Shown in pieces: positions 62,842 to 64,000 of a stretch of DNA of 64,000 nucleotides. The translations under genes and the position numbers were made by a program. The notes beneath the pieces were generated by a model. It ran no database searches. It was not told the DNA's origin and worked only from the letters and a program-made list of their open reading frames with translations. How positions within the stretch are numbered: position 1 is the stretch's first letter; each line of letters begins with the position of its first letter. Origin of the DNA: Sodaliphilus sp. (lineage in GTDB: Bacteria; Bacteroidota; Bacteroidia; Bacteroidales; Muribaculaceae); assembly GCA_045114435.1 (NCBI GenBank), contig JBGUKK010000127.1:10533-74532 (forward strand), given 5' to 3'.

Positions 62842-63477
62842 TCACGGAATGCAAGGCACAGCAAGCGTGATGAAATGATTCTCCACCATTCGGACTGTCA
62901 AGTGGTAACGGTGGCTCTCGCAACAGGCGGCAAGAATGAGATTCCCTATCATGGGAGCACCTGGGACAAACGGCTCAAGCCGGATGCCGTCGGTCCAGTC
63001 CAGGGCGCTGTTGCGCTCGGCTTTGATGATGGCCTCCTTGGCCGTCCAAGCGATGACATGCGACTGGATGTCATCAGCAGAGATAAACTGCTGTTCACTG
63101 GCGTTGAGGAACTTATTGCGCACTCTGATTACCTGCTGGCGGTCAGCCTGCTCGGCATCGATGCCGAGCACGTGGCAATCATCCAGAGCCAGTGCCACAA
63201 GTCGAGGCGTGTGGGTGATACTGATGTTCACCGCCTCACCCTCGACCGATGGTGCGCCCTGCCTGTCATGGCACAATGTCACGGGCCGCCCGAAGGCGCG
63301 GCACAGCAGGAGCAGCTCGGCCGCCTTCTCACGTTGCCGCTTTTCGGGCATGTCCATCAAGCCCTCGACAGCGATGCCCGTCTCACGGCACAAGTCCACC
63401 AGCCGCGACGCCTTCTCCTCAAGCCGCCACACCAGCACCCTCGCGCCACATTCACATTTCAACTCCTCAATCACCAT
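62842..63477 (-). CDS. 4'-phosphopantetheinyl transferase superfamily protein
   Basis: NISITHT, LGIDAE, AWTAKEAIIK; -7 element at 63573-63580. Confidence 0.85.
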   Translation of the reverse strand: MVIEELKCECGARVLVWRLEEKASRLVDLCRETGIAVEGLMDMPEKRQREKAAELLLLCRAFGRPVTLCHDRQGAPSVEGEAVNISITHTPRLVALALDDCHVLGIDAEQADRQQVIRVRNKFLNASEQQFISADDIQSHVIAWTAKEAIIKAERNSALDWTDGIRLEPFVPGAPMIGNLILAACCESHRYHLTVRMVENHFITLAVPCIP

Positions 63478-63751
63478 TCTTCATTTCATTTTTGTCATCA
63501 AAAGAACCGTCCCTTTGATGACACCACTATTCAGCAAAAATGCGGGTAGTGAAATCTCGCGCTGAATCGGTGCAAAGTTAACAAAAAATAAACAAGACGG
63601 AAACTCAGATGACACTAATTATGAACCATCTGCAAAACCTGGTGTTTGAGTTTGGCCTCGGAAAGGCATGAGGGTCAAGAGCTCTGCTCCTATTGGGGCA
63701 GAGTGACAGTGCTTGGAGCCATTTATTCCATGAAAAAGCGGTGTGGTGGAA

Positions 63752-64000
63752 TCAGCCGACGCCGTTCTTGGCGTACTCGATGCGGGTGAGCTCGTTGGGC
63801 TTGTTCTCGCTGACGGCAATCCATGAGCGGTAGCGACGGCGGTTGACGAAGCGTTCAACGAGATAGGCCAGGATGAACATGACGGGCACCTGCAACCACA
63901 GCATCCAGTAGGAGTGCTGCACCTGATAAAGGGTGGCTCCGTTGCTCTGCATGAGAACGTATCCGTTGACCATCCATGTGCTGGGCACACAGTCTCCCAC
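63752..64000 (-). CDS. C-terminal end of an ABC-2-type transporter permease (truncated by the window edge)
   Basis: VPSTWMVNGYVLMQSNGATL..YWMLWLQ resembles the last segment of Bacteroidetes ABC permeases. Confidence 0.6.
   Translation of the reverse strand: MGDCVPSTWMVNGYVLMQSNGATLYQVQHSYWMLWLQVPVMFILAYLVERFVNRRRYRSWIAVSENKPNELTRIEYAKNGVG

Noticed and set aside
62641-62878. 12/13-bp inverted repeat (62641-62653, 62724-62736) and 71-aa plus-strand ORF upstream of porU
   Set aside because: Arms are AT-rich TAACCAT-type heptamer sequence, no invertase is nearby, and the ORF has no coding signal

Overview
A 64-kb chromosomal segment of a GC-rich Bacteroidales bacterium. The phylum is supported by TAnnTTTG -7 promoter elements, porU/porV, a NigD-like lipoprotein and the sigma54-activator-lptE-secG operon. 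A Muribaculaceae/Sodaliphilus-like gut or rumen lineage is an inference. Housekeeping genes (secG, ruvB, recA, metK, cysS, argS, sufBCDS, ispF, rex, an AddA-like helicase, SUI1, a ferredoxin missed by the ORF track) are interleaved with a large set of secreted proteins. The main signal is seven signal-peptide proteins carrying dockerin (EF-hand-like DxNxDGxxNxxD) modules, none with a recognisable type IX secretion CTD. They are two OB-fold-repeat paralogs (one with its dockerin split and inserted into another domain), a DUF5689-like protein with a lone N-terminal half-dockerin, two CotH kinases, a phosphodiester glycosidase and an LRR protein. They share the window with two full-length PorU sortase paralogs and a porV separated from them. 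This suggests an undescribed cohesin-dockerin surface display or secretion system linked to the T9SS, but that link is inference and no cohesin is visible in the window. Non-coding features include a SAM-II-like riboswitch with terminator/antiterminator upstream of metK, two sigma54 promoters, a family of heptamer-armed palindromic repeats with a shared core, a three-copy degenerate element downstream of minus-strand genes, and a promoter-to-terminator unit of about 240 nt. No rRNA, tRNA, CRISPR array or transposase was found.
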